This document shows positions 32,213 through 40,503 of a stretch of DNA of 40,503 nucleotides, piece after piece. Under the pieces are notes generated by a model. The model saw only the letters and a program-made list of their open reading frames with translations. It was not told the origin of the DNA and made no database searches. Source of the stretch: Stramenopiles sp. TOSAG23-3 (Eukaryota). The position numbers were made by a program, and so were the translations under genes. Location of the stretch: the NCBI GenBank assembly GCA_900128585.1, contig LT642182.1, forward strand, positions 1 to 40,503, written 5' to 3'. How positions within the stretch are numbered: the stretch's first letter is position 1; each line of letters starts with the position of its first letter.

Positions 32213-33085
32213 TCACAGATGCGTAACAGTGTGTTTAACTTCATGCTCCGACAAACCCTCTGCGTCGGGTGAACCGTCCTGCCCAAGTTCGTCGTCTTGG
32301 ATCAAACTCTTGTGCATTGTTGTTCGTTTGTCATTTTGGCAAGTTACTTTTAGCCAAAACCAAAGTGCACCTTCTTCGACATAGCCCAAAAACTTTCTCC
32401 AAAAGTCGACGTGGGGAACACTCTCTAACCCTGATGCCCCGCGAAACTGGGTGTTGTACAGGCAACCAGAAAAGCAGTAGCACGTAAATACCCCGAAAAG
32501 CCCCAACAGGACACACACAAACGGCGACAGAACAGTCGGAGGGGGAGTGGCGCACGCGCTTTTGCTCGTTATCTTCACAGTATAGCTGCACCCCGCTTTG
32601 TCCAAAGAGACCAGCTCATACTCGTCAGAGGTCGCCCCAGAATCGCAGTAAAATTCGTATCTTAGTTCATACTTCGATAATTTGCACGTGCTTCCGCGGT
32701 ACGCGACACCTAAGTAGTTGCTACCAGTTGTAAAACGTGGTTCACTTTCCAGAAACCCGAGTACAGTGCAGCTGTCAGAGTCTTTGAATTTATAAATCCC
32801 CAAGACTTCTTGCCCAGCTTTGAAGCCCTTACAGTCTTTAACCCGGCTTTCTGGCAAAGGCTGACAAACATTCACGATTACGTTTCTGTCTTTTGCTATA
32901 GAAGAACACGAGGACGGAGCGCAAGGCAGCGGTTCGGGAGGCTTACCAATGCCCGACAAGTCATACACGTTGCCAATTGCATCAGTATAATGGCAATACT
33001 TTGACTCTTCTGCAGCTGCGCAAGCCTGTGCAAAACAAAGGAAGGCCCAAGAAAGCTGTAATACGGAGGTGCTTCGTTTAGTCAT
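32213..33085 (-). CDS. Cation-dependent mannose-6-phosphate receptor / ATG27-like type I membrane protein
   Basis: ATG 33085 starts a signal peptide (..WAFLCFAQACAA). MRH-like domain (YDLSGI, VNVCQPL, YRGSTC, EFYCD, CSYTVKITSKSAC), one TM segment, then GCLYN..RGASGLESVPHVDFW typical of this family. Confidence 0.85.
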   Translation of the reverse strand: MTKRSTSVLQLSWAFLCFAQACAAAEESKYCHYTDAIGNVYDLSGIGKPPEPLPCAPSSCSSIAKDRNVIVNVCQPLPESRVKDCKGFKAGQEVLGIYKFKDSDSCTVLGFLESEPRFTTGSNYLGVAYRGSTCKLSKYELRYEFYCDSGATSDEYELVSLDKAGCSYTVKITSKSACATPPPTVLSPFVCVLLGLFGVFTCYCFSGCLYNTQFRGASGLESVPHVDFWRKFLGYVEEGALWFWLKVTCQNDKRTTMHKSLIQDDELGQDGSPDAEGLSEHEVKHTVTHL

Positions 33086-33232
33086 GTGTGCTGCAAACCC
33101 CAACCTAACAACGCGTTTGCTGATATAACTGGGGGACAACAAGAGTTCCGTTCTTGTTGCTCTTCAATTTTGATACCTTGGCTTAGTTGTAGATGGCAAG
33201 TGCGTGGAGGTGTATTGCACCGTTTTTGTTTC

Positions 33233-33290
33233 CGAAGAGTGGTTCCGCTTTTGTGAACGAAGAGTGGTTCCGCTTTTGTTAACGAAGAGT
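33233..33290. repeat. 25-bp tandem repeat (2 copies plus 8-bp partial)
   Basis: CGAAGAGTGGTTCCGCTTTTGT(G/T)AA at 33233-33257 and 33258-33282, then CGAAGAGT. Confidence 0.9.
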
Positions 33291-33467
33291 AGTTTTATCC
33301 ACTCCATATAGTTAGCCCTACTACTACTAGTCAAAAAAATATAATAAATAATAAATAATATATAATAATAAACATACTACTTTACTATATTATACAACAA
33401 CACGGACACATCCCACAGTGTTATTAAAATAGAGTATTATATTTAATAATATATCAGGTATTATCAT

Positions 33468-33563
33468 CGGTACCCCATACCCCAGGTACAGGTATTAATA
33501 CCGGTACAGGACAGTTACAGGATTCCAGGTACGGTACCTTGGTATTAATACCTGTACCGGTAC
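33468..33563. repeat. GTAC-based palindrome island with 18-bp inverted repeat
   Basis: GGTACAGGTATTAATACC 33485-33502 is the exact reverse complement of GGTATTAATACCTGTACC 33541-33558. Confidence 0.85.
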
Positions 33564-33805
33564 GCAAATACTATCAGAATATGTGGTGGTAAACAAGTAC
33601 AAGATTCAAACTGTACACAGCAAAGCGGACGAAAAAAGAATTTCGACAAAACATCATCAGAACAATTTGATGATGATTTCCACCACCCCACCACCTATAT
33701 TAATATATTTTATAGAACACTATATACTAATAAATCAAATTAGAGCTCCTTTTTTAAGAAGAAATTAGATCTATAAATATTTCATCTTGGTTCTCCAGTC
33801 GTTTT

Positions 33806-36800
33806 CTAAAAGGTTCCCATTTCTATTACCTGTTCTTCGGAATTGTTACCCCTCTTTCGCGCTTTTACTCTCCTTTTGGTGACTTGGCGAAAGAGTCCCC
33901 GCACCGTCTGGGTTATTCCTCGCTGGGCGGAGGCTGGCGCTTCTTCACCGCTGGTGCCATCGCTTGCGGAGTCTGTGGAGAACAGCAAATCTAATTTATC
34001 CCCAATCCATTTTATCTCTTTCGTTTTTTTATGGAAAAAGAACCGTTTTTTGGATTGGGGGTCAAAGCACAGCTCCCATACATCGTATGGGTTCGTCCAT
34101 CTAGTCTCCCGAGTCTCTCTGTGGTAGTAATAAGGATCGCCGGATTGGTCCACGGCTGAAATCCACAGCTTTGTTTCAGAATCATCGTCCCCGCCGTCAT
34201 CGTTCGAGGGGTCATCCCATCGCACTTCGAGTGTCTCCTTGTGGTAGTAGTAAACATCCCCTTCCTCGTCCGCGGTTGCGATCCAATCCTTTGTTGGGTC
34301 GTCGCTTCTGATCTCCTCTGTTCGAGGATTGTAAAAATAAAGTTGATCATCGTTCCCTATTAAGCGCGTCCACTCCACCGGGACGGGGGCGTTGGGATCC
34401 AGGTGCAACCGGCGATTGTTTTTTAGACGCCTCAACATTTCCGACCTCCTCGCGTTGGCTTCTCTCTTTAATGCTTTCAACTGCAGTACTCTAGTCTGAC
34501 TGTTGTTTTCCACTTCGTTAAGTTGTTTCTGAACGTTCAGCAAAGGGTTCACAGTGTTTTGAAACGCAGCAAACGATTTCCGGTACAGCAAAGGGTTCCC
34601 GTGAACGTCTCGACGATTGCGTTTGGCCCCACCCGCGCCATTTTTCCCCGCCTTACCGTCCTCTTTTTTTTTTTCACGGCAGCACCGGCATGTGAGCAAA
34701 AGGCTGCAAATCCTTTTACTTTCCTTAACAATGTGCTCCCGAAATATATAGACACAGTAAAAGAAAAAGGCAATGTTCGCCAACAGCACAAACCCCAATA
34801 AAATGGAGCAGCCGAGCTCGTAATCGCTGCAGTAAGGAAATAGTATAAAGAACAGTCCAGACCAAGCGGTTATCATCGAGACGTAGCACGTCAACGAGTC
34901 CAGGCGCTGGAGCTCCTCGCCGGGATCTTTGATGCTTATAGCCTTTTGGGTGTTGACGAGGGTGGCCGACTCGATTCGATTTTTCTTTGTCAGTTTCTTT
35001 TTGCCACTTTTTCCCAGCTTCAGCTTCTTTTCTCGGGCCTTCAGCGCCGCTTCGCGCATCATCTGTACCTTTACGGGGTCGTTGTAGGGTTTTCCAAACT
35101 CATTTAACAGAATGAACGAGGAGGTGAAAAACACGACCCAGTGAACTTCCAGTTCTGGTTTGGTCACGAAACTAGTCAAAAACGCGATCGAGGCTTTCTT
35201 GAAAGCGATAATTGCGTCCCAGTACCAACGGTTTGGCCCATAGGCGCTGTACAACATTCCAAACTTGAATAGACTGATCGTGGAGGACAGCGTATTCCTA
35301 ATTTTTATTTCACGAAGGCCACTGAACGATTTATCATGGCTGTGGCCCTTCAACCGTTTTTTCCGGTACACGGCATACAGCCCTATTGCCGGGAAGCCAA
35401 GGACGTGCAGAAAAATCTGCGGTATGGAGCAGAATACTATCCACGTCATGTGGCGTCCGACCCAACACTCCTCTTGCAGGTCGGCAATCATGTAATTTTT
35501 ACCCCCAACAGCTGTGCAAATAAAAAGGGCAAACGCTTGGCGGCAAAGCGTTGGGTACATCAAGTACATCAGAAACACCATTGTGGCGATGAACCCGTCC
35601 TTTAAACTTGGGGAGCGTCCATCAGGACCGCGGTAGGCAAAGTTCCTGCCGAGGACACGGGCAGACAGTTGCCACGCGCCCCATATAATCGTCCCCGACA
35701 ACGGCACAACAAACAGATACCCTAACTGCTTCGAGTACGCCACTTCTGCCGCCTGCATGTACGATAACTCGCACACGGGGTTGATCAATTGCTCGCCCAC
35801 GGTGGAGACAGCCCCAGTGAATTGAAACAAACCTGACAATTGATCGGGCCAGGGAACGTCCATGTTTGCGATCATGTAGGTCGTCTGCAAGTAATTGATT
35901 ATAATGACTTTCCGCATTTCAAACCGAGACTTTTTTCCCCCAGTTCCAATATGGTTGAACACCATCAATCCTACGACTACGAATATCAGCAGGGCCCCCA
36001 ATGCCAGCAAGAACTTGTTCGCCTGTTTCGGGGGGCACAGATCGCACAGTAACGCAGAGCCAATGTCCCTCCGCCGATACCCAATCTCACAGGTCGCGCA
36101 CAGCCGACAACGGTTGTGCGGGTCACGGTCACACTTCTGCTTGTACCCTTCCTGCGGGTTGCAAATTTCGGGGGAGTTCACCATGGAAAGATCAACCCCC
36201 TTGTCCGAGAGGAACCTTCCCCTGTGCGCAATATTTGGGCCGCCCAAACACGCGGGAGGGAAGAAACACTTGGTAAAGTTACTCGGGCGCATCGACGTCC
36301 ACACAGCATTGCGCCACCAACCAAATAAAGGCTTGACTTCCCGCCACGTAATGTTCCGTCCCGTGCACGATGCCCCCATCGGGCACGTGTCGCACGACCA
36401 ATCTGTAAGGCCCAAGGACGTGTTCAGATACTGCTGAATGTACTGGCATTGGCTCGCTACCTTCCAGCCCAAGGAGGTCGTGGACCAGCCCGAGTCCGGG
36501 AATGCTATTTTCTTAACCCGGACATAAACAACTTCATCTGACAGCAGTTTGCTGACGTTCGTACGGAAGTGGAACGTTCCTGTTTTGTTGGGTCCCGGGG
36601 TGTAGTCAAAGTCTAACCTGGTAACATTAGTAATTTCCTCGGGGAAGTATTCACTAGTGCTGACTTGAACTTCAAACAAATTCCAGTTTGGACTCTCGCT
36701 CTCCTCCTGCTTTGCCTGCTCCAAGTCATTTGCGGCTCTCCTCCACTCAACGCGCAATTCGGTGAAAGTGTCGCCTACGAATAACTCTGGTCGTAGGGGC

Positions 36801-39800
36801 GATAGCCTTGTCTTCAATTCCACAATACTAAGAAAAACCGTTTGTTCCACTGCTTCACTGGAGTACGGCTGGTCGTCGCTCGTGCATGTAAGTCTCAGCT
36901 TAAAACTAGTGTCGGTGTATTTGCAGATTATCTCGTTATCTACTGTCTCTTCATGGCAATAATCCCCAAGTTCCGAAGTTATTGTGAAGTTAAATTTGTC
37001 TGAATCCGTAAAATTTCTCCAACCATCCGCCGTGCTAATATCAAGGAATTCAGGCGTAACTGTCAGAAGTGGTTCTCTTCCGTCGTCACCATCATTCAAC
37101 GTTAGCAGCTCTTCCGTCCCCACCAGCGAAGCTTTAATCAAGACACGGCTTTGGGGGATTGTATTGAATCGTAATAATCGAATAATTTTCCCCCCTTCCA
37201 AGCTTCCCGCCCCGCCTGTGCCTTCGTCCATCGATATAAAGCCTGACGGGTCAAGGATCAATCCTGCCGTGTCCTCGGGGTGATCGGTAACTCGTACGGT
37301 GGCTGTCACGTTTGCAACGCTATTCTCGTACACTGGGTCGTCCGAATGAACGAAGTGTGTAACCTCAAGTTCTTCCGCATCAAAAAAGTTGTCAATGTAA
37401 TCATGGGAGGACTTTATTTCAACCATGTGGACGGTCTCCCAACCTGTTGGAGTTATGTTGAACTGAGCAGGAATCACCGTCAGCTTTACCGGCGATCTGA
37501 TCCGCGGCAGTGCAATTACAGACGACACTGTCACATTATGGAGCGGTTTTGTCTCTAACTGTATTCCATAGAAAACGGAGCTGCCTTCGTCAAGGCACAG
37601 GGGCCCCAGACTCGTGACTTTATCCTCTCTGTAGCTGGCGGAGGTGGCGGTGACGGTGACGTTTTTCCCACCTACCTCTCGGTATTGGCGAAGTTTTATG
37701 CCTGCTTCATCGTCGTTCTTTATGGTATAGCGCAGCTCTTCCACTACACCAAAATATTCGGTATCTTGGGTTCGGTCTGCGACCAAACTGTGTTGTATTG
37801 TGCAATACAAGCCAGAATTGGCAACACCTTCATCTTCGTCGTTGTCGGGCATTTTTACCCTTGGCTCCAGAAATATTGTTCCATTCTCGCCGCCACTAAC
37901 CGCTTGGTCCCCGTCATCAGATGCATCGGGACGTACAGTATATTCTTTTAAATGTTTATCTTGGCCTTGTGCGTCTTCAAATATACAGTTGCCCTCTGTA
38001 ACTTTCAGCTTAACTGTCATCGTTTTAACCGGGCGGCGTGTAAATATGATTGTGTATTTTTCGAGATCTCCTTCCTCCGCGACGCACTGTTTTGCGCATG
38101 TGGGGAGTGACATATCACGCTTTGAAAGTGAAATTGTAGCGGTCAACTGTTTCGTCAGCCCGTCGTACTTTGGATCCTCGCTTTCCGATGCGATCTTTAG
38201 TGATGGTTTTGTGAAACCTTTATCCTGTCCATCCAATGCTCTTACCTCAAAGAATTTGTCAATGCTATTCCAGTCGTTTTGATACACTGTAATGTTCGGC
38301 GGGGATATTTTGAAATTGTTCAAATACTTGGTTATTTCAGATTCATTCTTCGCGTCCTCCATACCGTCCTCGGGGATAATTTCCAATTTTAAATGAACTG
38401 GTTGCAACGGCTCAGTCAACAGTCCAGTGATTTCAACACGGCTTCCGTTAATGGCGCCCTCGTACAGTTTTACGTCAGCGGTTTTCCCCAGTACAATTTT
38501 CGCGGTGTCGTCGTCTGCTACTTCAATCATCGTGTACGAGGAAGGTATTTTTCTTCTCTGTTCCGTGTCCACGAACGTACCATACCCCAGGTCTTGGGAC
38601 GAAATGTTATGAACGATACGATATTGGATTATGTCATTGTCCACGTCGTCGTTTATTGAAAGCACGGTGACTTTCTGCACCGTGGCGTAATTGTTCTTTG
38701 TGAATGTTAGTGTTGGGGGGATTACTTTCAACAGAGTGGGCTTTGAAATGCCTTCTATTGGTTCTATTGTAGGGGTTACTACGACGTCCAATACGGGCTC
38801 GGTGTCCAACGCGATGCCATAGCTTGAATTGCTACCTTCCGCGTTGCAAAGTGGTCCAATAAATTTGACTGGAAAATCGAAAGCTTTATTTTTCGCATTG
38901 TAGACGTACAGTTTCAGATCAGCAACGTCCTCGTTGGTAACGGTTACGATGAGCTGCTCCACATTCGCATTGTGCATTGTTTCCGCAGACATCGCCTTGT
39001 TTACTCTGTGCTCTATCTCGCACTCCTGCGCACTCGCTCCCTTGCCTTCATCGATTTTGTTGGACTTGCCTTTCACAGTTATGGACTTCATCGGGGGGTC
39101 CCCGTCAGGTTCAGGGGGTACGCCCTTAGAAGGGAAATCTGATTTGGAAAACACAACACTGACACTATCAGCAAACTGATCACCGTCAAGCGACAAATGG
39201 CACCCGAGGTCCGGCGGGCACGGCGATGGGTTACATATTGCTGACACGTCTATGGTGACATTTTTGGTCAATCTTATTCCCACGGTCTGCGTTATAGATA
39301 TCTCGTACACATATTCTCCGTCCTCTGGTATAGACTTCCGTGTGGGCGGCACATTTGTTATCTGCCCATCATCGTCTTCGCCATAGCAAATATAAACCCC
39401 CGCCGATTCTTGCCCTGCCACCTTTAGCGTGACCAGGCTGGTGTTGCAATCACCAAAGCGCCCTTCCGCCTGGTAATTGCACTGTAGGTAGTCATCGTCT
39501 AACTTTTCAATATTGGTGCATTTATGGGTGCACTTTCCATCGTTGACCTCAATGTCAACGATTAAATGGTCTGTTCCCCATTCCCGGGCATAGAATCGCA
39601 TTGCCCCCCCCGCTACAGGAGGAGCAGAAACGTTATAAACAACAGGTTGGCTGTAGCGAAACGTATCATTGTGTTCGTCGTTTGTTATTCCATCGACCGA
39701 AACGATCACTTTGTGTTCCATTCCGACCCCTGGTTTTGACATGGCCACTATCTGCCGCGTAGTTAGATTTCTAGAAAGTATCTGCCATTTTTGACCGTTT

Positions 39801-40503
39801 ATTTCGATTTCTAAATCGTCGAAGGAGCTAGCGTTCTCGAGAAGCGCGTTTGGTTCAAACGTGAACGTAGTGGCCACATTTCCTGCCGTCGTGCTTGGGA
39901 GAGGAGAAATAGCCGTTATGTATGGTACTTTATAGCAATCTGTGACATTGTCGTGGTGTTCAGGAATCCGATTCTCTGGAAAGCGGGTTTTCTCACCATT
40001 TTCGCATGTTTTGCACTCACCTAACGCTTCCTCGTCCGCGTATTCATCCTGCGGGCAAACGATGCAATTGTCAATCACCGACCCTTTCACATCGCTGTAT
40101 TTCCCTACCTCGCACTTGTCCGGGCATGCTTCATTTTCCGTGGTCTCCTCAACTTGATCGCCGTACCTGCCAGCCGCACATTTTTTGCATGCTGCATCTT
40201 CTGTTGTTTCCCCCTCTTGTTCCCCGTACGTTCCTCCCAAACATACGCCCGGGCACCCTATGGACTCGTCTTGGGCGGCAGATTGGTCACCGTATCTTCC
40301 TTCGGAACAGAATTCGCACGCTGAACCTTCTGTTTTCTTCCCAGGACCGGTACCAAATTGTCCCTGTTTACACGCGCCGTCGCAGGCCTTGTCTTCTGAA
40401 GTCATTAGGCCGTCTTTTGAATCAGGAAACCTACCCGAAGAGCAGTTCTTGCAAAATGAAATGTTTGTCGCACCCTCTTCGTCTCCATACGTCCCATGTT
40501 CAC
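33806..40503 (-). CDS. Giant multi-pass cell-surface protein: Cys-rich repeats, IPT/TIG-like, repeated Ig/Calx-beta-like modules, TRP/FLC-like membrane domain, four WW domains (5' partial)
   Basis: Frame stays open upstream of the Met at 40405 to the window edge (..EHGTYGDEEGATNISFCKNCSSGRF..). C-x2-C-x2-G-x-Y repeats; PYITAISP; repeated Y-x-I-x-L-x-T-x-P...H..S.D..Y modules; LYSAYGPNRWYWDAIIAFKK; four W...(Y/F)(Y/F)(Y/F)(H/N)..T....W motifs. Confidence 0.85.
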   Translation of the reverse strand, partial: EHGTYGDEEGATNISFCKNCSSGRFPDSKDGLMTSEDKACDGACKQGQFGTGPGKKTEGSACEFCSEGRYGDQSAAQDESIGCPGVCLGGTYGEQEGETTEDAACKKCAAGRYGDQVEETTENEACPDKCEVGKYSDVKGSVIDNCIVCPQDEYADEEALGECKTCENGEKTRFPENRIPEHHDNVTDCYKVPYITAISPLPSTTAGNVATTFTFEPNALLENASSFDDLEIEINGQKWQILSRNLTTRQIVAMSKPGVGMEHKVIVSVDGITNDEHNDTFRYSQPVVYNVSAPPVAGGAMRFYAREWGTDHLIVDIEVNDGKCTHKCTNIEKLDDDYLQCNYQAEGRFGDCNTSLVTLKVAGQESAGVYICYGEDDDGQITNVPPTRKSIPEDGEYVYEISITQTVGIRLTKNVTIDVSAICNPSPCPPDLGCHLSLDGDQFADSVSVVFSKSDFPSKGVPPEPDGDPPMKSITVKGKSNKIDEGKGASAQECEIEHRVNKAMSAETMHNANVEQLIVTVTNEDVADLKLYVYNAKNKAFDFPVKFIGPLCNAEGSNSSYGIALDTEPVLDVVVTPTIEPIEGISKPTLLKVIPPTLTFTKNNYATVQKVTVLSINDDVDNDIIQYRIVHNISSQDLGYGTFVDTEQRRKIPSSYTMIEVADDDTAKIVLGKTADVKLYEGAINGSRVEITGLLTEPLQPVHLKLEIIPEDGMEDAKNESEITKYLNNFKISPPNITVYQNDWNSIDKFFEVRALDGQDKGFTKPSLKIASESEDPKYDGLTKQLTATISLSKRDMSLPTCAKQCVAEEGDLEKYTIIFTRRPVKTMTVKLKVTEGNCIFEDAQGQDKHLKEYTVRPDASDDGDQAVSGGENGTIFLEPRVKMPDNDEDEGVANSGLYCTIQHSLVADRTQDTEYFGVVEELRYTIKNDDEAGIKLRQYREVGGKNVTVTATSASYREDKVTSLGPLCLDEGSSVFYGIQLETKPLHNVTVSSVIALPRIRSPVKLTVIPAQFNITPTGWETVHMVEIKSSHDYIDNFFDAEELEVTHFVHSDDPVYENSVANVTATVRVTDHPEDTAGLILDPSGFISMDEGTGGAGSLEGGKIIRLLRFNTIPQSRVLIKASLVGTEELLTLNDGDDGREPLLTVTPEFLDISTADGWRNFTDSDKFNFTITSELGDYCHEETVDNEIICKYTDTSFKLRLTCTSDDQPYSSEAVEQTVFLSIVELKTRLSPLRPELFVGDTFTELRVEWRRAANDLEQAKQEESESPNWNLFEVQVSTSEYFPEEITNVTRLDFDYTPGPNKTGTFHFRTNVSKLLSDEVVYVRVKKIAFPDSGWSTTSLGWKVASQCQYIQQYLNTSLGLTDWSCDTCPMGASCTGRNITWREVKPLFGWWRNAVWTSMRPSNFTKCFFPPACLGGPNIAHRGRFLSDKGVDLSMVNSPEICNPQEGYKQKCDRDPHNRCRLCATCEIGYRRRDIGSALLCDLCPPKQANKFLLALGALLIFVVVGLMVFNHIGTGGKKSRFEMRKVIIINYLQTTYMIANMDVPWPDQLSGLFQFTGAVSTVGEQLINPVCELSYMQAAEVAYSKQLGYLFVVPLSGTIIWGAWQLSARVLGRNFAYRGPDGRSPSLKDGFIATMVFLMYLMYPTLCRQAFALFICTAVGGKNYMIADLQEECWVGRHMTWIVFCSIPQIFLHVLGFPAIGLYAVYRKKRLKGHSHDKSFSGLREIKIRNTLSSTISLFKFGMLYSAYGPNRWYWDAIIAFKKASIAFLTSFVTKPELEVHWVVFFTSSFILLNEFGKPYNDPVKVQMMREAALKAREKKLKLGKSGKKKLTKKNRIESATLVNTQKAISIKDPGEELQRLDSLTCYVSMITAWSGLFFILFPYCSDYELGCSILLGFVLLANIAFFFYCVYIFREHIVKESKRICSLLLTCRCCREKKKEDGKAGKNGAGGAKRNRRDVHGNPLLYRKSFAAFQNTVNPLLNVQKQLNEVENNSQTRVLQLKALKREANARRSEMLRRLKNNRRLHLDPNAPVPVEWTRLIGNDDQLYFYNPRTEEIRSDDPTKDWIATADEEGDVYYYHKETLEVRWDDPSNDDGGDDDSETKLWISAVDQSGDPYYYHRETRETRWTNPYDVWELCFDPQSKKRFFFHKKTKEIKWIGDKLDLLFSTDSASDGTSGEEAPASAQRGITQTVRGLFRQVTKRRVKARKRGNNSEEQVIEMGTF

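Noticed and set aside
32104..32286. Alternative-frame C-terminal extension of the M6PR-like gene
   Set aside because: The main ORF already ends in a plausible acidic cytoplasmic tail; nothing requires a shift.
33233..33290. CRISPR-like repeat
   Set aside because: Copies are adjacent with no spacers, there are only two, no cas genes are present, and the context is eukaryotic.
1001..40157. Many antisense and overlapping ORFs inside long CDSs
   Set aside because: Shadow ORFs with no recognisable motifs; expected opposite long coding frames.

Overview
Eukaryotic nuclear DNA, not prokaryotic: 14 long, apparently intron-free protein-coding genes separated by very AT-rich, low-complexity spacers. 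Gene content (ciliary dynein-2 light intermediate chain, PP2A, M6PR/ATG27, DUF1664, CRT-like transporter, giant Cys-rich multi-pass receptor) points to a flagellated protist; a stramenopile is my inference only. No rRNA, tRNA, CRISPR or transposase seen. Most notable: (1) a two-repeat cyclic-nucleotide-regulated K+ channel whose first repeat has a degenerate filter (MMGVGYGD) and CNBD while the second is canonical; (2) islands of nested GTAC-based palindromes, mostly a few hundred bp upstream of genes; (3) a TAACAGCCAATTTTCTTG repeat family, with longer direct repeats flanking an orphan gene; (4) three neighbouring genes each broken by one extra base at a homopolymer; (5) unusual fusions: SHOCT-NadD-NadD, ankyrin-GAF-ankyrin, ankyrin-EsV-1-7, and FAD monooxygenase plus a pseudo-SGNH domain. 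All family calls are by-eye motif recognition, not database searches.
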